Assembly: GCA_965214935.1 (NCBI GenBank)
Contig: CBDCCS010000018.1
Coordinates: 192,001 to 256,000 of the forward strand
Reading direction: 5' to 3'
DNA length: 64,000 bases
Origin: Candidatus Velthaea sp.
GTDB taxonomy: Bacteria > Vulcanimicrobiota > Vulcanimicrobiia > Vulcanimicrobiales > Vulcanimicrobiaceae
Below are positions 50,843-60,124 of this stretch, in pieces. The translations under genes were made by a program, and so were the position numbers. The first letter of the stretch is position 1; every line of letters begins with the position of its first letter. The notes beneath the pieces are model-generated. The model was not told where the DNA came from. It ran no database searches and was given only the letters and a program-made list of their open reading frames with translations.

Positions 50843-51259
50843 TTACGAGAGTTCCGTTGCATAAGCGGCCACGGCCACCGCGATCTGTGCATCTTGCTCC
50901 GGAGTGCCGCCGGCAACGCCGACTGCGCCGACAACCGTTCCCTCGACAAGCAGCGGCGAGCCGCCGAGAATATTAGTCAGCTGTAAATCGGTTGCCAACG
51001 GCAGCGGCAACGCAAGATTAGCGCCCATCCACCCCGTTGGCCGGCGCGTCGAGGCAGCGGTGTTGGCTTTGCGCCGGCTGCTGTCGACGCTGTGCGGTGT
51101 GGCGCCGTCGGCTTTAGCGAACGCGATAAGATTCATCGAGGGATCGACGATCGTCACCGAGGCCGGAACGCCGCGTTTTTCGCCTTCGGCGATACCGCGC
51201 GCCACGACGGCAAGCGCCGTTTGAAGTGTGACAACCGATAGCTGACGGGTGATGGGCAT
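50843..51259 (-). CDS. GlcG/HbpS heme-binding family protein
   Basis: IVD, DGA, KANTA, GG.PL...G.VVGAVGVAGG..EQD. Confidence 0.9.
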   Translation of the reverse strand: MPITRQLSVVTLQTALAVVARGIAEGEKRGVPASVTIVDPSMNLIAFAKADGATPHSVDSSRRKANTAASTRRPTGWMGANLALPLPLATDLQLTNILGGSPLLVEGTVVGAVGVAGGTPEQDAQIAVAVAAYATELS

Positions 51260-51379
51260 GTACAGATCCTTCACGACTCGGGTGGCGACGGGCCCTCAGG
51301 TGGCTCGTCAGCCATAGTTTGCGCTGATTCTCGACGAGCCGTGAGTGGCCGTATTGCCAACATGCGGTAGAATTGTGCC

Positions 51380-52327
51380 ATGAATCGACATCGTGTGGCG
51401 GTCGTGCTTTTGGAAGACGTCTTGCCGCTGGACTTCGCAATTCCAATGCACGTTCTCGCTCGCGAGGCGTCGGAGTTCTACGACGTTTGTACGGCGAGCG
51501 TCAACGGCAAGGCCGTTGCCGTTGCGGGTGGACTGCGGCTGGTGCCCGACGGCGATCTTCGACTGTTGCACGCAATCGAGACGGTCATTATTCCGGGGTA
51601 TGCAGGCGCTTCGACAAAGCGGCTCGATCGTGCAACGCTCGGCGTGCTCAACGCTTGCGCCGAACGTGGGGCCCGAATGGTTTCTATTTGCTCGGGTGCC
51701 TTTGCGCTGGCTCAAGCCGGATTGCTTGACGGCTTGACCGTGACGACACACTGGTCGCTGTGCGACGAACTGGCACGGCAGTATCCGGCGCTTAACGTTG
51801 ATTCTACGGTGCTTTTTGTCGACAACCGTAACGTGCTGACGTCGGGCGGCGTCACCGCGGGCGTCGACTTATTGATTCACATGCTGCGTAAAGATCTCGG
51901 CGGCTCGGTTGCCAATCATGTCGCGAAGCGAATCGTCATGGCCCCGCGTCGCGAAGGCGAGCAGGCCCAATTCATCGAGACGGCACCTGCCCCACCCGGC
52001 GACGACCGCATCTCGATGGTGCAGCAGTGGATGCTCGCGGCGCTCGGCGAGCCGATCACCGTCGACGACATGGCGTCGAAGACGCACATGTCGCGGCGTA
52101 ATTTTCATCGTCGTTTTATGGAGCGAACCGCGACCGCGCCGTTAGCTTGGCTGCAACAGCAACGCATCGGTCGGACCAAAGAGCTATTGGAAACGACGAA
52201 TCTCACGGTGGAAGAGATCGCGGCACACGTGGGCTTGGGATCGCCGGCGAATCTGCGTCAGCACTTCCGGCGAGCAACGAGTTTGTCCCCGATTCGCTAT
52301 CGCGAACTTTTCACACAATTAGGTTGA
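51380..52327 (+). CDS. GlxA family AraC regulator with DJ-1/PfpI domain
   Basis: SICSGAF.LA.AGLLDG, TTHW, TSGG..AG.D, R.G.QAQF, C-terminal double HTH. Confidence 0.95.
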   Translation: MNRHRVAVVLLEDVLPLDFAIPMHVLAREASEFYDVCTASVNGKAVAVAGGLRLVPDGDLRLLHAIETVIIPGYAGASTKRLDRATLGVLNACAERGARMVSICSGAFALAQAGLLDGLTVTTHWSLCDELARQYPALNVDSTVLFVDNRNVLTSGGVTAGVDLLIHMLRKDLGGSVANHVAKRIVMAPRREGEQAQFIETAPAPPGDDRISMVQQWMLAALGEPITVDDMASKTHMSRRNFHRRFMERTATAPLAWLQQQRIGRTKELLETTNLTVEEIAAHVGLGSPANLRQHFRRATSLSPIRYRELFTQLG

Positions 52328-52368
52328 CGCGAATGTCGGTCGCCGACGACGCCTAGAGCGCTGTCGTC

Positions 52369-52773
52369 TTAGCGAGCTTGCTGTTTGCGCTCGTGGGTTT
52401 GCTGCGCTGTAACGAGATCGACGACGTGCTCTTCGATCCAGCTCATGAGATGGTGAAGCCGCTCGGCGACTTGGCTGCCGGCCGCGGTAAGTTCGTATTC
52501 AACGCGCGGCGGCACTTCGGGAAATTGGCGGCGCACGAGTAAGCCGTCACGCTCGAACTCACGTAAGGTCTGCGCGAGCATTTTTTCGGAGATGCCGCCG
52601 ACTCGCAGGCGAAGCGCCGAAAAGCGCAACGTTCCGGTCCGCAGCGCGGCCAAGACGAGTCCCCCCCAACGCCCCGTAACGTGTGCGAACACTTCGCGCG
52701 CCGGACATTCCGAGCGAAAACAATCGCCTCGGCCGGTAGGCACTTCGGTCACACCGCTCGCAGAACGTTCCAT
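52369..52773 (-). CDS. HxlR family winged-helix regulator
   Basis: CP........RW, LRFS.L, GISEKML.QTLR..ERDG, VPPRVEYELT. Confidence 0.95.
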   Translation of the reverse strand: MERSASGVTEVPTGRGDCFRSECPAREVFAHVTGRWGGLVLAALRTGTLRFSALRLRVGGISEKMLAQTLREFERDGLLVRRQFPEVPPRVEYELTAAGSQVAERLHHLMSWIEEHVVDLVTAQQTHERKQQAR

Positions 52774-52786
52774 TTTTATCCTGACA

Positions 52787-52820
52787 CTTACTTTTTGGTT
52801 AGTACTTTCTATTCGGAAGT
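52787..52820. promoter_or_regulatory. Candidate HxlR operators
   Basis: Imperfect palindromes CTTAC-TTTTTG-GTTAG and ACTTTC-TATTC-GGAAGT between the divergent genes. Confidence 0.45.
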
Positions 52821-52867
52821 TTAGCTGTTACAGTGAAGTCCTCCCTGCCCAAAATCGAGAGGTTTTC

Positions 52868-53725
52868 ATGTCAAAACGGATCGCGGTCGTTACCGGCGCT
52901 AGCTCGGGCTTCGGCCGTCTTACGGTGGAATTGCTTGCTCATGACGGTTGGCACGTTTTCGGAACGATGCGTAACATCGGGACGAGCAATGCCGGTGCGG
53001 CAACGGCGCTGCGTGCCGCCGGTGCCGAAGTTGTCGAATTGGACGTAACCGATGATGCATCGGTTGCCGCTGCTGCAGCGATCATTCTCAAAGACGGGCC
53101 ACCCGATCTGCTCGTCAACAACGCAGGCGCTGCATTTTTTGGAATCGAGGAGGCGTTCTCACCTGCCGTCGTCGAGCGCCAATTCGCCACAAACGTGATC
53201 GGGCCGTTGCGGGTCAATCGCGCGTTTTTGCCGGCGATGCGCGAACGCGGCGCCGGCCTCATCGTTTACGTGTCATCGGTCGCCGGTCGGCTGACGTTTC
53301 CGCTCGGCGGCGTGTACGCGGCGTCGAAGTGGGCGCTCGAAGCGCTTGCCGAAACATCATCGTACGAACTGGCACCACTGGGCATCGATGTCGCGATCGT
53401 TCAGCCCGGAGCGTTCAACACGGAAATCGGCAACAAAGGGACGTATGCCGACGATACGGCGCGCGCCGAAAGCTACGGCGCAACCGGACAGCGCTTCTTC
53501 CAAGCAATCGGTTCATTTGCGACGTCGGCCGAAGGGCGCGACCCCGCCGATGTTGCGCGCGCGATCCTGCGCATAGCAAATACCCCGGCCGGGAGCCGTC
53601 CACTGCGCACGACGGTTCCGACCGAGCCGTCAACCGACCACATCAATGCGACGGCGGCAGCCTATCAAGTGGGCGTGCTCTCGCAAATGGGCCTCGACGA
53701 CGTGATACCGAAGGCCGTCGTCTAG
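52868..53725 (+). CDS. SDR oxidoreductase
   Basis: TGASSGFG, NNAG, YAASKWALE, VQPG; GAGG RBS. Confidence 0.93.
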   Translation: MSKRIAVVTGASSGFGRLTVELLAHDGWHVFGTMRNIGTSNAGAATALRAAGAEVVELDVTDDASVAAAAAIILKDGPPDLLVNNAGAAFFGIEEAFSPAVVERQFATNVIGPLRVNRAFLPAMRERGAGLIVYVSSVAGRLTFPLGGVYAASKWALEALAETSSYELAPLGIDVAIVQPGAFNTEIGNKGTYADDTARAESYGATGQRFFQAIGSFATSAEGRDPADVARAILRIANTPAGSRPLRTTVPTEPSTDHINATAAAYQVGVLSQMGLDDVIPKAVV

Positions 53726-53742
53726 CAACATTCGCAGTAGCA

Positions 53743-54636
53743 TTAAACGATAAGACGCAGAGAATTTGAGGCCGTCGTGATTTCCACACGACGGCCCCAT
53801 CCGAAGCGAAGAAAATCATCTTCGATGCCGTCCCCGAAAATAACACCGCCCGACGTCATCTCCGATACCGCTGTCGCAGCCGACTCGTTGAGGACGGCCG
53901 CCGTGAGACTCGTGCCGAACCCCGGCGCGGGAAAAGCCTCGCGCACGTAGAGCGCGAGTGCCCGTTGCGTCGGCGCCGGCGGCGTGACGGCATCCTTCCG
54001 CTCGCGGGCGATCGAGCGCGCCCAACCCGTGCAACCCGTACCGGTTGCCACGATAAAGCCCGAAGACGAGTGACGCTCCTGTGCGCCGTTGGCCGTCAGC
54101 CGGTATTTCGCCGATTGATGTTGACGTTGACCGACGAAGATCTCGTTGAGCGCGCGCAGCGATTGCCCGTCGTCGAGTCGCGCTTCGACCATCGTGCGGC
54201 GTTCGAACGCTACGCGTTCGGCGACCGCGCGTTCGAGCAGCGCGCCGGCTTCGCGCACGCTATGACGCACGAGCAAACCCTCGTAGTTCTCGGGATCCGG
54301 ATTGATACCGAGCACGAGCTGCGTATCGAGATATTTGGCAACGTTGGGGACGAGCCCATCCTGTCCGATTGCAACGACGACGTCACCGGAGTCGAATAGG
54401 AACGTGGCAAGGTCGTCGCGATTGATGGTCGCTCGGCGCCAGGCGGGCGGCAAGCTCGCAGTTACGGCGCGAACGGCATCACGCTGCCGTTCATCACGCA
54501 CGACAAGCTCGTTGAAATCTCGTCCCTCTTCGCTAACGGCGAACCGCGCCTGTTCGCGCGTGCCATGCTCGCTAACGAGTAGCGTTAGTTCCGACGGGCG
54601 CGTAACAATGACGATCCGCGGCAGTAATTGTGCCAC
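53743..54636 (-). CDS. NAD kinase-like protein (NrtR-regulon type)
   Basis: GQDGLV.NVAKY (variant of GGDG), ALNE, SSG..VATGTG.TGW, FGDGIE.D. Confidence 0.8.
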   Translation of the reverse strand: MAQLLPRIVIVTRPSELTLLVSEHGTREQARFAVSEEGRDFNELVVRDERQRDAVRAVTASLPPAWRRATINRDDLATFLFDSGDVVVAIGQDGLVPNVAKYLDTQLVLGINPDPENYEGLLVRHSVREAGALLERAVAERVAFERRTMVEARLDDGQSLRALNEIFVGQRQHQSAKYRLTANGAQERHSSSGFIVATGTGCTGWARSIARERKDAVTPPAPTQRALALYVREAFPAPGFGTSLTAAVLNESAATAVSEMTSGGVIFGDGIEDDFLRFGWGRRVEITTASNSLRLIV

Positions 54637-54638
54637 CG

Positions 54639-55616
54639 TTACGCACTCCGCGTTGCTCCGGCGGCAAAGTGCGACGCCAGCGACGCCAACAGATCGGGCG
54701 TAATCTGCAGCGTGTCGATGCGCTCGATATGGTCGGCGAACGCATTGGCGGCGACCGTCGCCAGCACCGGCCCGGGCATATCGCGCAGCAGCGCCAAACG
54801 CTGGCCTTCGATGTCATGGTGCGCGCCGTCGACGGTTGCAATTCGTTGCGCTTCGGCTTGGGCGGCGATCCGGGTGGTCAGCGCGTCGCTATGTGCGCGG
54901 CGTTCGGCGTTCGCGCCCTCTTGTTCGACCAGTTGTTCTTCGCGCTTGGCAATTTCGATGCGGTTCTGCATCTCGTTTTCGGCGATCGCCCGTTCTTTCT
55001 CAACGGCGAGCGCGCGGCGTCCGAAGGCCGCCTCATCAGACTCTTGTTTAATGCGCTCGCGCATCGGTGCCTCGATTGCTTTCTCTAGATCCGGATTGGG
55101 CCGGATCGCGGTGATGCGAACGGCCGTTACCGTCAGACCGAATTCCGGCAGCTGCGGCGCGCCGGCCAAAGCTGCATCGATCGCCTCGCGCAGACGCGCG
55201 ACGCCGTCGGTCAACACGTCGTGGATCGGCGTGCGCGCAAGATAGCGTAGCACTTCCTCTTGCGCGAGCTGCGATAACAGCGCTTCGAGCCGCGTAATGG
55301 GCTCACGCACGTACCGGCCCGTCGCGAGATTGAGAGCGAAGTCAACGCGCGTTGCCAGCCGCTCGGGTGCAACCGCACGGTACGTGACGACGCCCTGCAC
55401 GGAAACATCCTGATAGTCCGCCGTGCGACCGTGAACTGCCACGACGAAATCGCGGTCGTCGATCGGGACTTCGGAAATGCTATCGCTCAACGGCCATAGC
55501 CACAGCGACAATCCGCGCCCGCTACGAACGAGCCGTTCGCCGCGAAAGTGTAAGACGTGCGCGGTCTGATCGGCACGCAGATGATAGACAAATGGGAAAC
55601 GCCGTATTTGAGCCAT
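54639..55616 (-). CDS. SPFH/band 7 domain protein
   Basis: GRGL, TADYQDVSVQG..TYR, coiled-coil RRALAVEKERAIAENEMQNRIEIA.REE.LV. Confidence 0.88.
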   Translation of the reverse strand: MAQIRRFPFVYHLRADQTAHVLHFRGERLVRSGRGLSLWLWPLSDSISEVPIDDRDFVVAVHGRTADYQDVSVQGVVTYRAVAPERLATRVDFALNLATGRYVREPITRLEALLSQLAQEEVLRYLARTPIHDVLTDGVARLREAIDAALAGAPQLPEFGLTVTAVRITAIRPNPDLEKAIEAPMRERIKQESDEAAFGRRALAVEKERAIAENEMQNRIEIAKREEQLVEQEGANAERRAHSDALTTRIAAQAEAQRIATVDGAHHDIEGQRLALLRDMPGPVLATVAANAFADHIERIDTLQITPDLLASLASHFAAGATRSA

Positions 55617-55617
55617 G

Positions 55618-56352
55618 TTAAGCCTTTCTTTTCGTGCGCAGGCGATAGAGCGTGGCGGGACGATGACCGACACCCGCTTGGGTGGCGCTCGTCGCATCGA
55701 GTTCGCCGGATGCGAGCATGCGGCGGCGGAACGAGTCTTTGTTAACGGCCATGCCGTAAATGATTTCGTGCACGCGTTGCAGTTGGAGCAGCGTAAAGCG
55801 TTTGGGAAGGAGCTCGTACCCGACCGGCGTGTACGCGAGCTTGCCGCGCAGACGCTTGATCGTCATACCGATGATCTCGGCATGATCGAACGCGACTGCA
55901 AGACAGCGCGCGCAATCGTCGATGACGTCGACCGGCCCGCCCGTTTCGCCGGTCCACGGCACGCGAACCGCTGCCGTTAGCCGATGCGCCGTCGGCTCGA
56001 TCGTGCGAAGCAGCTCGCTTTCGACAAGCGCATAATAGGCGACCGTAATGATGCGTGTACGTGGATCGCGACGAAGTGCGCCGAACGTATATAATTGCTC
56101 GAGATAGATGTCGCGCAGACCGGCTTTACGTTCGAGGACGCTCTTAGCGTTGTCGTCGAGCGAAAGCGCGACGTCAACGAAGCCACCGGGCAGCGACCAC
56201 TTTCCGCGTTGCGGATTTTCCGCGCGGCGTACGAGCAACACTTCGAGCTGCTCGTCGCGAATGGTCAGGAGAACCACATCGACGGCTACCGACGGTCGTT
56301 CAAACGCGGTCGCATCATAGCTTTCCAGAAACCGGATTTCAGATACATCCAT
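55618..56352 (-). CDS. nrtR: NrtR family Nudix-related transcriptional regulator
   Basis: Degenerate Nudix box (WSLPGGFV), LEQLYTF, RDPR, AFDH, wHTH FTL..LQ...E......K..FRR, G.RPA.LY. Confidence 0.9.
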   Translation of the reverse strand: MDVSEIRFLESYDATAFERPSVAVDVVLLTIRDEQLEVLLVRRAENPQRGKWSLPGGFVDVALSLDDNAKSVLERKAGLRDIYLEQLYTFGALRRDPRTRIITVAYYALVESELLRTIEPTAHRLTAAVRVPWTGETGGPVDVIDDCARCLAVAFDHAEIIGMTIKRLRGKLAYTPVGYELLPKRFTLLQLQRVHEIIYGMAVNKDSFRRRMLASGELDATSATQAGVGHRPATLYRLRTKRKA

Positions 56353-56363
56353 GCCGCACGTCC

Positions 56364-56404
56364 TTATCTGTGTGCAGCATATATGTACACCGCATATAAG
56401 TCAA
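56364..56404 (-). promoter_or_regulatory. Sigma70 promoter of nrtR with two overlapping palindromic operators
   Basis: Minus strand TTGACT (56404-56399)-17 nt-TATGCT (56381-56376); palindromes TATATG-N7-CATATA (56380-56398) and TATCTG-N7-CATATA (56365-56383). Confidence 0.8.
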
Positions 56405-56607
56405 GCGGTTGTTCTCGTTGACCTTGCTTGCTGCGAACTCGGTAGCCTCAACGCTACTGTTGGGGCGATCCGGTCAGCCGCCGGCGATCGGCGTACCGGC
56501 GTCATCTTGCACGGGCGACTCATGCTCTGCATCGAACGCAGCGTAACCGGCGCCGACGAAGGACGGCGGCAGCGCCTTGCAGCAACGCAGCGGGTGAGGT
56601 TTTCACT

Positions 56608-57201
56608 ATGAACCGTCGGGCGCTCGTAACGGGCGCACTTGCAGCAGTCGGAGCGGCGGCTTTGCCGCTGTTTGCATTCAGCGCCGTACCGGGTCACTAT
56701 CGAATTATTTTTGCGACGTCGCGCGGTGATTTCACCGTTGCAATCGTGCGCAGTCAAGCACCGCACGGTGCCGATCGCCTGTACGAACTCATCACGCACC
56801 ATGTCTTCGACGGAGCGCGATTTTACCGGGTCGTACCAGGTTTTGTCGTACAGTGGGGCTACGCCGGCGATCCGGCGGTTACGAGCAAGTGGACCGGCTC
56901 GATCGCCGACGATCCCGTTCGCGCGAGTAACGTACGCGGTACGCTCAGCTTTGCCGCAACCAGTGAACCCAATAGCCGTTCGTCACAGCTGTTCATCAAC
57001 GTCAGCAATAACGCACGGCTCGACGGTTTAGGCTTCGCACCGGTCGGCACGGTTGTTAGCGGCATGAACGTCGTCGATCGGCTGTATTCCGGTTACGGCG
57101 AAAGCCCGGATCAAGGCCGCATTGCCGCGAGCGGTAATAGTTATTTGCGCACGGAGTTTCCGAAGCTCGATTACATCAGGACGGCCCGGGTCGTAAAGTA
57201 A
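56608..57201 (+). CDS. Cyclophilin-type peptidyl-prolyl isomerase with Tat-like signal
   Basis: MNRRAL signal, FYRVVPGFVVQWG, SNVRGTLSFA, QLFIN, GMNVVD. Confidence 0.92.
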   Translation: MNRRALVTGALAAVGAAALPLFAFSAVPGHYRIIFATSRGDFTVAIVRSQAPHGADRLYELITHHVFDGARFYRVVPGFVVQWGYAGDPAVTSKWTGSIADDPVRASNVRGTLSFAATSEPNSRSSQLFINVSNNARLDGLGFAPVGTVVSGMNVVDRLYSGYGESPDQGRIAASGNSYLRTEFPKLDYIRTARVVK

Positions 57202-57208
57202 GCGCACC

Positions 57209-57970
57209 ATGTACGAGGTGCTGTATGCGACGACGCGACTCGCGCGAATCCGAGCCGCCGACCGTGAAACTGCAAAGCGACGGTTCGCCGCTTACGTCTT
57301 GTACGATGAGGACGACGCAATCATCTCAGACGTGCAGCTCAGCTTCGGCGATGATGCGGAACTCGCGCCGTTCGAGGGTGACGCGCCGGTTGCCGCTTCA
57401 CGCTCGGAATTGCGCGGCTGGATGGCGAACCGGGATGCGCAGTCCGAGCCGTTCGAGATCGGCTACTTTGAAGATGCCGAGCGTTCGATCGATGCCTATC
57501 TGCGCCTATTGGCGACAAACGATCCGTGGCGTCTCGAGGGTCATGGAAGTCTAGGCGTCACGCTGAGCGCAGTACCGATGCGCGCGCACCTTCGAACGTT
57601 CGACGGCCGCGTTTGCTACCGCTTTGATGCCGCGCGCTATTTAGATTATCTCCGTTTGGACGTGCTGGCGGCACTCGATCCGTTACGACCGCAAGACAGC
57701 ATTCGTCTTGAGAGCTTGGTCGACGTCTGTGCCCTGCAGGACGACGCGTTGCGTCAAATCGCGTCGTCTTATGCGACGATTGTGAGCGAACTGCGGCTCG
57801 TCGCAAAGCTGAGCGATGGTCCCAAAGTCGACCGCGCCTTCGATGTAACGTTCGCTGACGAGCCGTGGAAACAGTACATGGCGCATCGGCTGGCCGAGCC
57901 CGCGCGCTTCATGCCGCCGCCCGGATGGACGTCGGCATTTCCTAGCTATGACGGCGATTCGGCCGTGTGA
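57209..57970 (+). CDS. Hypothetical protein
   Basis: 253-aa ORF 7 nt after the PPIase; no recognisable motif. Confidence 0.7.
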   Translation: MYEVLYATTRLARIRAADRETAKRRFAAYVLYDEDDAIISDVQLSFGDDAELAPFEGDAPVAASRSELRGWMANRDAQSEPFEIGYFEDAERSIDAYLRLLATNDPWRLEGHGSLGVTLSAVPMRAHLRTFDGRVCYRFDAARYLDYLRLDVLAALDPLRPQDSIRLESLVDVCALQDDALRQIASSYATIVSELRLVAKLSDGPKVDRAFDVTFADEPWKQYMAHRLAEPARFMPPPGWTSAFPSYDGDSAV

Positions 57971-58374
57971 GACGTCGGTTGACCGATAACGCCGACCCGG
58001 CGAAGACAAGCGCTGCGAAATCGCAGGCGATCGTCACGTATTTCAAGACGCCGGCCCCGGCCTGAACGCTAACAACCCTTGCAACGAGCGCAAAGATTGT
58101 AAGCCAAAAAGGCTAACCAGAGTCGACGGCGTCGGCTTATACGCTGTGAGCGCAACATCGTAGCGTCTGCAATTAAAGCCTGAAGGCGGAGTCTACCTTT
58201 TCACTGTCAGCGCGCAGACACCTGAGGGGCCGAACCTACCTGGTACACGGAGATGGCGTTTTGTGCCTTGCCGTGACGAGGCGCGACCGCGACGTACCGC
58301 ATGGCCGAACGTCAGCTCGATCCTGCTCGGCCTCTTAGCTCAAGCAAGCTCAGTCCGTTGCCGACACCAAAAAG

Positions 58375-58863
58375 GTGCGGTTGGCGGTAATGGTTTTAAT
58401 GGCTTTGGTTTTCGGCGGCGCGGCGTCCGCCGAACCGCAGTATGACGCACTGGTCGTAAACGAGCCGATGTCGGCCGTCGTGCTCGCCAGCGAGCAGACT
58501 GCGCTCATCGCGGACGTCAACCGGGCGCGCCGAACCCGCGGATTAGGCGACGTCTCTGCGGACTTGCTGCTATCACGAGCAGCTCAAATGCATGCCGAGA
58601 ATATGGCGCGTCGCCGCTTCTTCGGGCATACCGGCCCGGACGGTTCATCGCTGCCCGATCGGTTAGCCGTCGTCGGTTTCATCTGGAAAGTCGCGGCGGA
58701 AAACATCGCACTTGCCGCGGACGAAAGCGCGGCAAACGATTCGATGCTCAAGAGCCCGGCGCACAGTGCTAACATCCTCGATGCCAGAGTCGAGAAGATC
58801 GGCGTCTCGGCGTTGGCGATCGGCCGCCATGCCACGCTGTACGTCGAGGATTTTGCGCAGTAG
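58375..58863 (+). CDS. Secreted CAP (SCP-like) domain protein
   Basis: Signal peptide, N..R...GL, AQ.HA.NM....FF.H, AENIA, SP.H.ANIL. Confidence 0.9.
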   Translation: MRLAVMVLMALVFGGAASAEPQYDALVVNEPMSAVVLASEQTALIADVNRARRTRGLGDVSADLLLSRAAQMHAENMARRRFFGHTGPDGSSLPDRLAVVGFIWKVAAENIALAADESAANDSMLKSPAHSANILDARVEKIGVSALAIGRHATLYVEDFAQ

Positions 58864-58924
58864 ATCCGGCTCAAAGTCAGAAATGTCGTGGCGGTCGTGC
58901 CGAGAGTTCGGTCGTAGTTCTTCG

Positions 58925-59764
58925 ATGGTCGTTCATCTCGTCGACGGAACGTACGAGCTTTTTCGTCATTTCTATGGTCTGCGTCGATTTACCAAGGGCG
59001 AGGATCGCCGTTTCGGCGCCGTAGCGGGTGTCCTGACCACCGTGCTACAGATGCTCGAGCAAGGTGCAAGCCACATCGGCGTTGCGACCGATCATGTCAT
59101 CGAGTCGTTTCGTAATGAGTTATGGAGTGGTTACAAGACGGGCCAAGGCATTGAACCCGCGCTACGTGCGCAGTTCGAGCCGCTCGAAGACGCGCTCGTC
59201 GCCATGGGAGTCGTCGTCTGGCCGACCGTCGAGCTGGAAGCGGACGATGCGCTGGCGTCAGCTGCCTCCCTCGCGGCGCGCGATGCCCGCGTCGAGAAAG
59301 TCTGCATCTGGACACCCGATAAAGACCTTGCGCAGTGCGTCGTTGACGACCGGATCGTACAGGCGGACCGGCGCAGCAATGTCATCCGCGACGCTTCGGC
59401 GGTGCGCGCGAAATTCGGCGTCGATCCGGTGCTGATTCCGGACTATCTCGCGCTTGTGGGCGATGCAGCGGACGGCTATCCCGGCATCGCCGGCATTGGA
59501 CCCAAAGGCGCGGTCGCACTGATTAACCGCCACGGCCCGATCGAAGATTTTCCGCCACAGGTTCTCGGCGAGCAACGTGAACGCGCGCTCTTATTTAAAA
59601 ACTTGGCGATGCTTCGGTACGATGCGAAACTCTTTGCCGATGTCGACGAGCTTCGATGGCACGGTCCGACACAACGCTTTGCTGTCTGTGCCGAACAGCT
59701 CGGCGCATCCAAGCTTATTGCTCGCGCAGAAGCCGCCTACAAGTCGCGAGAACCGGCGCGTTAA
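58925..59764 (+). CDS. Stand-alone 5'-3' exonuclease/flap endonuclease
   Basis: LVDGTYELFR, SFRNEL..GYK, EADD, DKDL.Q, LALVGD.ADGYPGI.GIGPK. Confidence 0.93.
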   Translation: MVVHLVDGTYELFRHFYGLRRFTKGEDRRFGAVAGVLTTVLQMLEQGASHIGVATDHVIESFRNELWSGYKTGQGIEPALRAQFEPLEDALVAMGVVVWPTVELEADDALASAASLAARDARVEKVCIWTPDKDLAQCVVDDRIVQADRRSNVIRDASAVRAKFGVDPVLIPDYLALVGDAADGYPGIAGIGPKGAVALINRHGPIEDFPPQVLGEQRERALLFKNLAMLRYDAKLFADVDELRWHGPTQRFAVCAEQLGASKLIARAEAAYKSREPAR

Positions 59765-59980
59765 GCACGTTGCGACCGGCGCCTCGCGCTTGATCGCTCG
59801 AGCACAGATTTGACTCGTTCTGGTCTTCTTGTCATATCGCGTGTGTCGGCTGCGCAGCAAAGGCGTGAGGGCTGCATACGTCCTTGCCGTCATAGGCACG
59901 CTTATACCACAGTTGCATTTTCGAGCAAGTGCGATCCCGGTACTAAAGCGAAGAATGGCGCCTGTGGCATCGGTCGTTCG

Positions 59981-60043
59981 ATATTGCACCAACACGACTA
60001 GCGAGTTTCCGTTGACGTCGTTCGCGCCGTCGGCAAACTGCAC
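59981..60043 (-). pseudogene. Fragment of a divergent comEC allele
   Basis: FADGANDVNGNSLVVLVQY (59981-60037) vs FTDGANDVNENSLVVLVQY in comEC (60916-60972): 17/19 aa and 45/57 nt identical by manual alignment. Confidence 0.8.
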
Positions 60044-60124
60044 ACCGCTTTCGCACGACTACCGCGGATTGAATACGCGCGCCTGCGCGCCGACTTAGAT
60101 GCATATATCGACCAGGAACGTTAG
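60044..60124 (+). pseudogene. 3' fragment of a second antitoxin allele, inverted
   Basis: TAFARLPRIEYARLRADLDAYIDQER* aligns with FAAHLPQIDYKTFRADIAAFIDQD on the opposite strand immediately downstream. Confidence 0.6.

Noticed and set aside
58249..58285. Fluoride riboswitch (GGAGATGGCGTT)
   Set aside because: No P1 complement or pseudoknot partner, and the downstream gene is unrelated.
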